From Candidatus Manganitrophaceae bacterium (GTDB lineage: Bacteria; Nitrospirota; Nitrospiria; SBBL01; Manganitrophaceae): a stretch of DNA of 46,082 bases. The notes under the pieces are model-generated. The model was not told where the DNA came from. It was given only the letters and a program-made list of their open reading frames with translations, and did not search any database. Positions 45,372 to 46,082 of this stretch are shown piece by piece; position 1 is the stretch's first letter; every line of letters begins with the position of its first letter. Location: contig SCUR01000033.1 of the NCBI GenBank assembly GCA_004297235.1, forward strand, positions 1 to 46,082. The letters are read 5' to 3'. A program made the translations under genes and the position numbers.

Positions 45372-46082
45372 ATGGAAAAGGAAAATATGGGCCAACCGGC
45401 GAAACGATCGAAGCTGACGACCTATGTTCTGGTCGCTGCCGCCATCGCCGCGATCGGTGGGATTCTCTTCGGTTTCGATACGGGGGTTATCTCAGGCGCC
45501 ATCCTCTTTATCGTGAAGCAGTGGAACCTGACGCACAAGCAGGCGGAGCTCGCGACCAGCTCGGTCCTGATCGGCGCGATCTTGGGGGCGCTCGCGGGAG
45601 GGGCCATGGGGGATCGCCTGGGCCGCCGTCTCTCGATCATCTATGCCACCGTTCTCTTTCTGGCGGGGACGTTGATCGTTTCAATCGCCGACGGCATGAC
45701 CTCCTTTCTGGTCGGCCGGGTGTTGATCGGCGCGGCGATCGGGGTCGCCTCGTTTATGGTGCCCCTTTACATTTCCGAATTAGCCCCGGCGCACATCCGG
45801 GGAAGCATGGTCTCGCTGAATCAGTTTGCGGTGACGGTCGGCATTCTCGTCTCATACGGGGTCAATTATTATTATGCTTCCACCGAAAACTGGCGGGCGA
45901 TGTTCGCGGTCGGCGCGCTTCCCGGCCTCATTCTCCTCTTTGGGATGGTTGCCCTTCCCGACAGTCCCCGATGGCTTTTCTCGGTCGGGCTCCGGGAGGC
46001 GGCGGAAAAAGTATTGCGGAAGATCCGGGGAACGCCGGAGGTGACGGAGGAGCTCGCCGAGATCGATGAGGCGATCCGCTCG
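45372..46082 (+). CDS. sugar porter family MFS transporter (runs off the window)
   Basis: manual translation AAIGGILFGFDTGVISGA, DRLGRR, PLYISELAP..RG and PDSPRW; absent from the ORF track because no stop lies in the window. Confidence 0.93.
   Translation, partial: MEKENMGQPAKRSKLTTYVLVAAAIAAIGGILFGFDTGVISGAILFIVKQWNLTHKQAELATSSVLIGAILGALAGGAMGDRLGRRLSIIYATVLFLAGTLIVSIADGMTSFLVGRVLIGAAIGVASFMVPLYISELAPAHIRGSMVSLNQFAVTVGILVSYGVNYYYASTENWRAMFAVGALPGLILLFGMVALPDSPRWLFSVGLREAAEKVLRKIRGTPEVTEELAEIDEAIRS

Overview
A GC-rich bacterial window with about 55 genes. Gene content and small-protein families suggest Nitrospirota, which is an inference only. Positions 1 to about 31 kb form a stress/dormancy island: archease-RtcB, FmdB Zn-ribbon, CBS, FtsH, YbaK, HPF-CSD, PRTase, BCAM0308-like, Hsp20, two DUF2267, GlgX, a PHP/APH-kinase/P-loop kinase/archaeal-type SAM synthetase/CapA operon, HD-GYP, PolX, two USPs, PEBP and malic enzyme. 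This gene set parallels the mycobacterial DosR regulon and the Burkholderia lxa low-oxygen locus. Two signals not explained by annotation tie it together. First, 13 intergenic copies of a 16-bp NarL/NarP-like 7-2-7 palindrome each abut a -35 hexamer, and 12 of them have an xAxxxT -10 element 17-18 bp further on. Second, ten cytoplasmic proteins in the window (eight in the island) end in Ala-Ala-COOH, an ssrA/CtrA-like ClpXP degron. A decayed junction at 30.4-32.0 kb (DUF1614, PhoX-like and IS66 remnants) separates the island from a box-free alpha-glucan/glycoside cluster (GH15, SCP2-GDE, lipoproteins, beta-barrels, GH13, GH63, sugar porter). No rRNA, tRNA or CRISPR array was seen.
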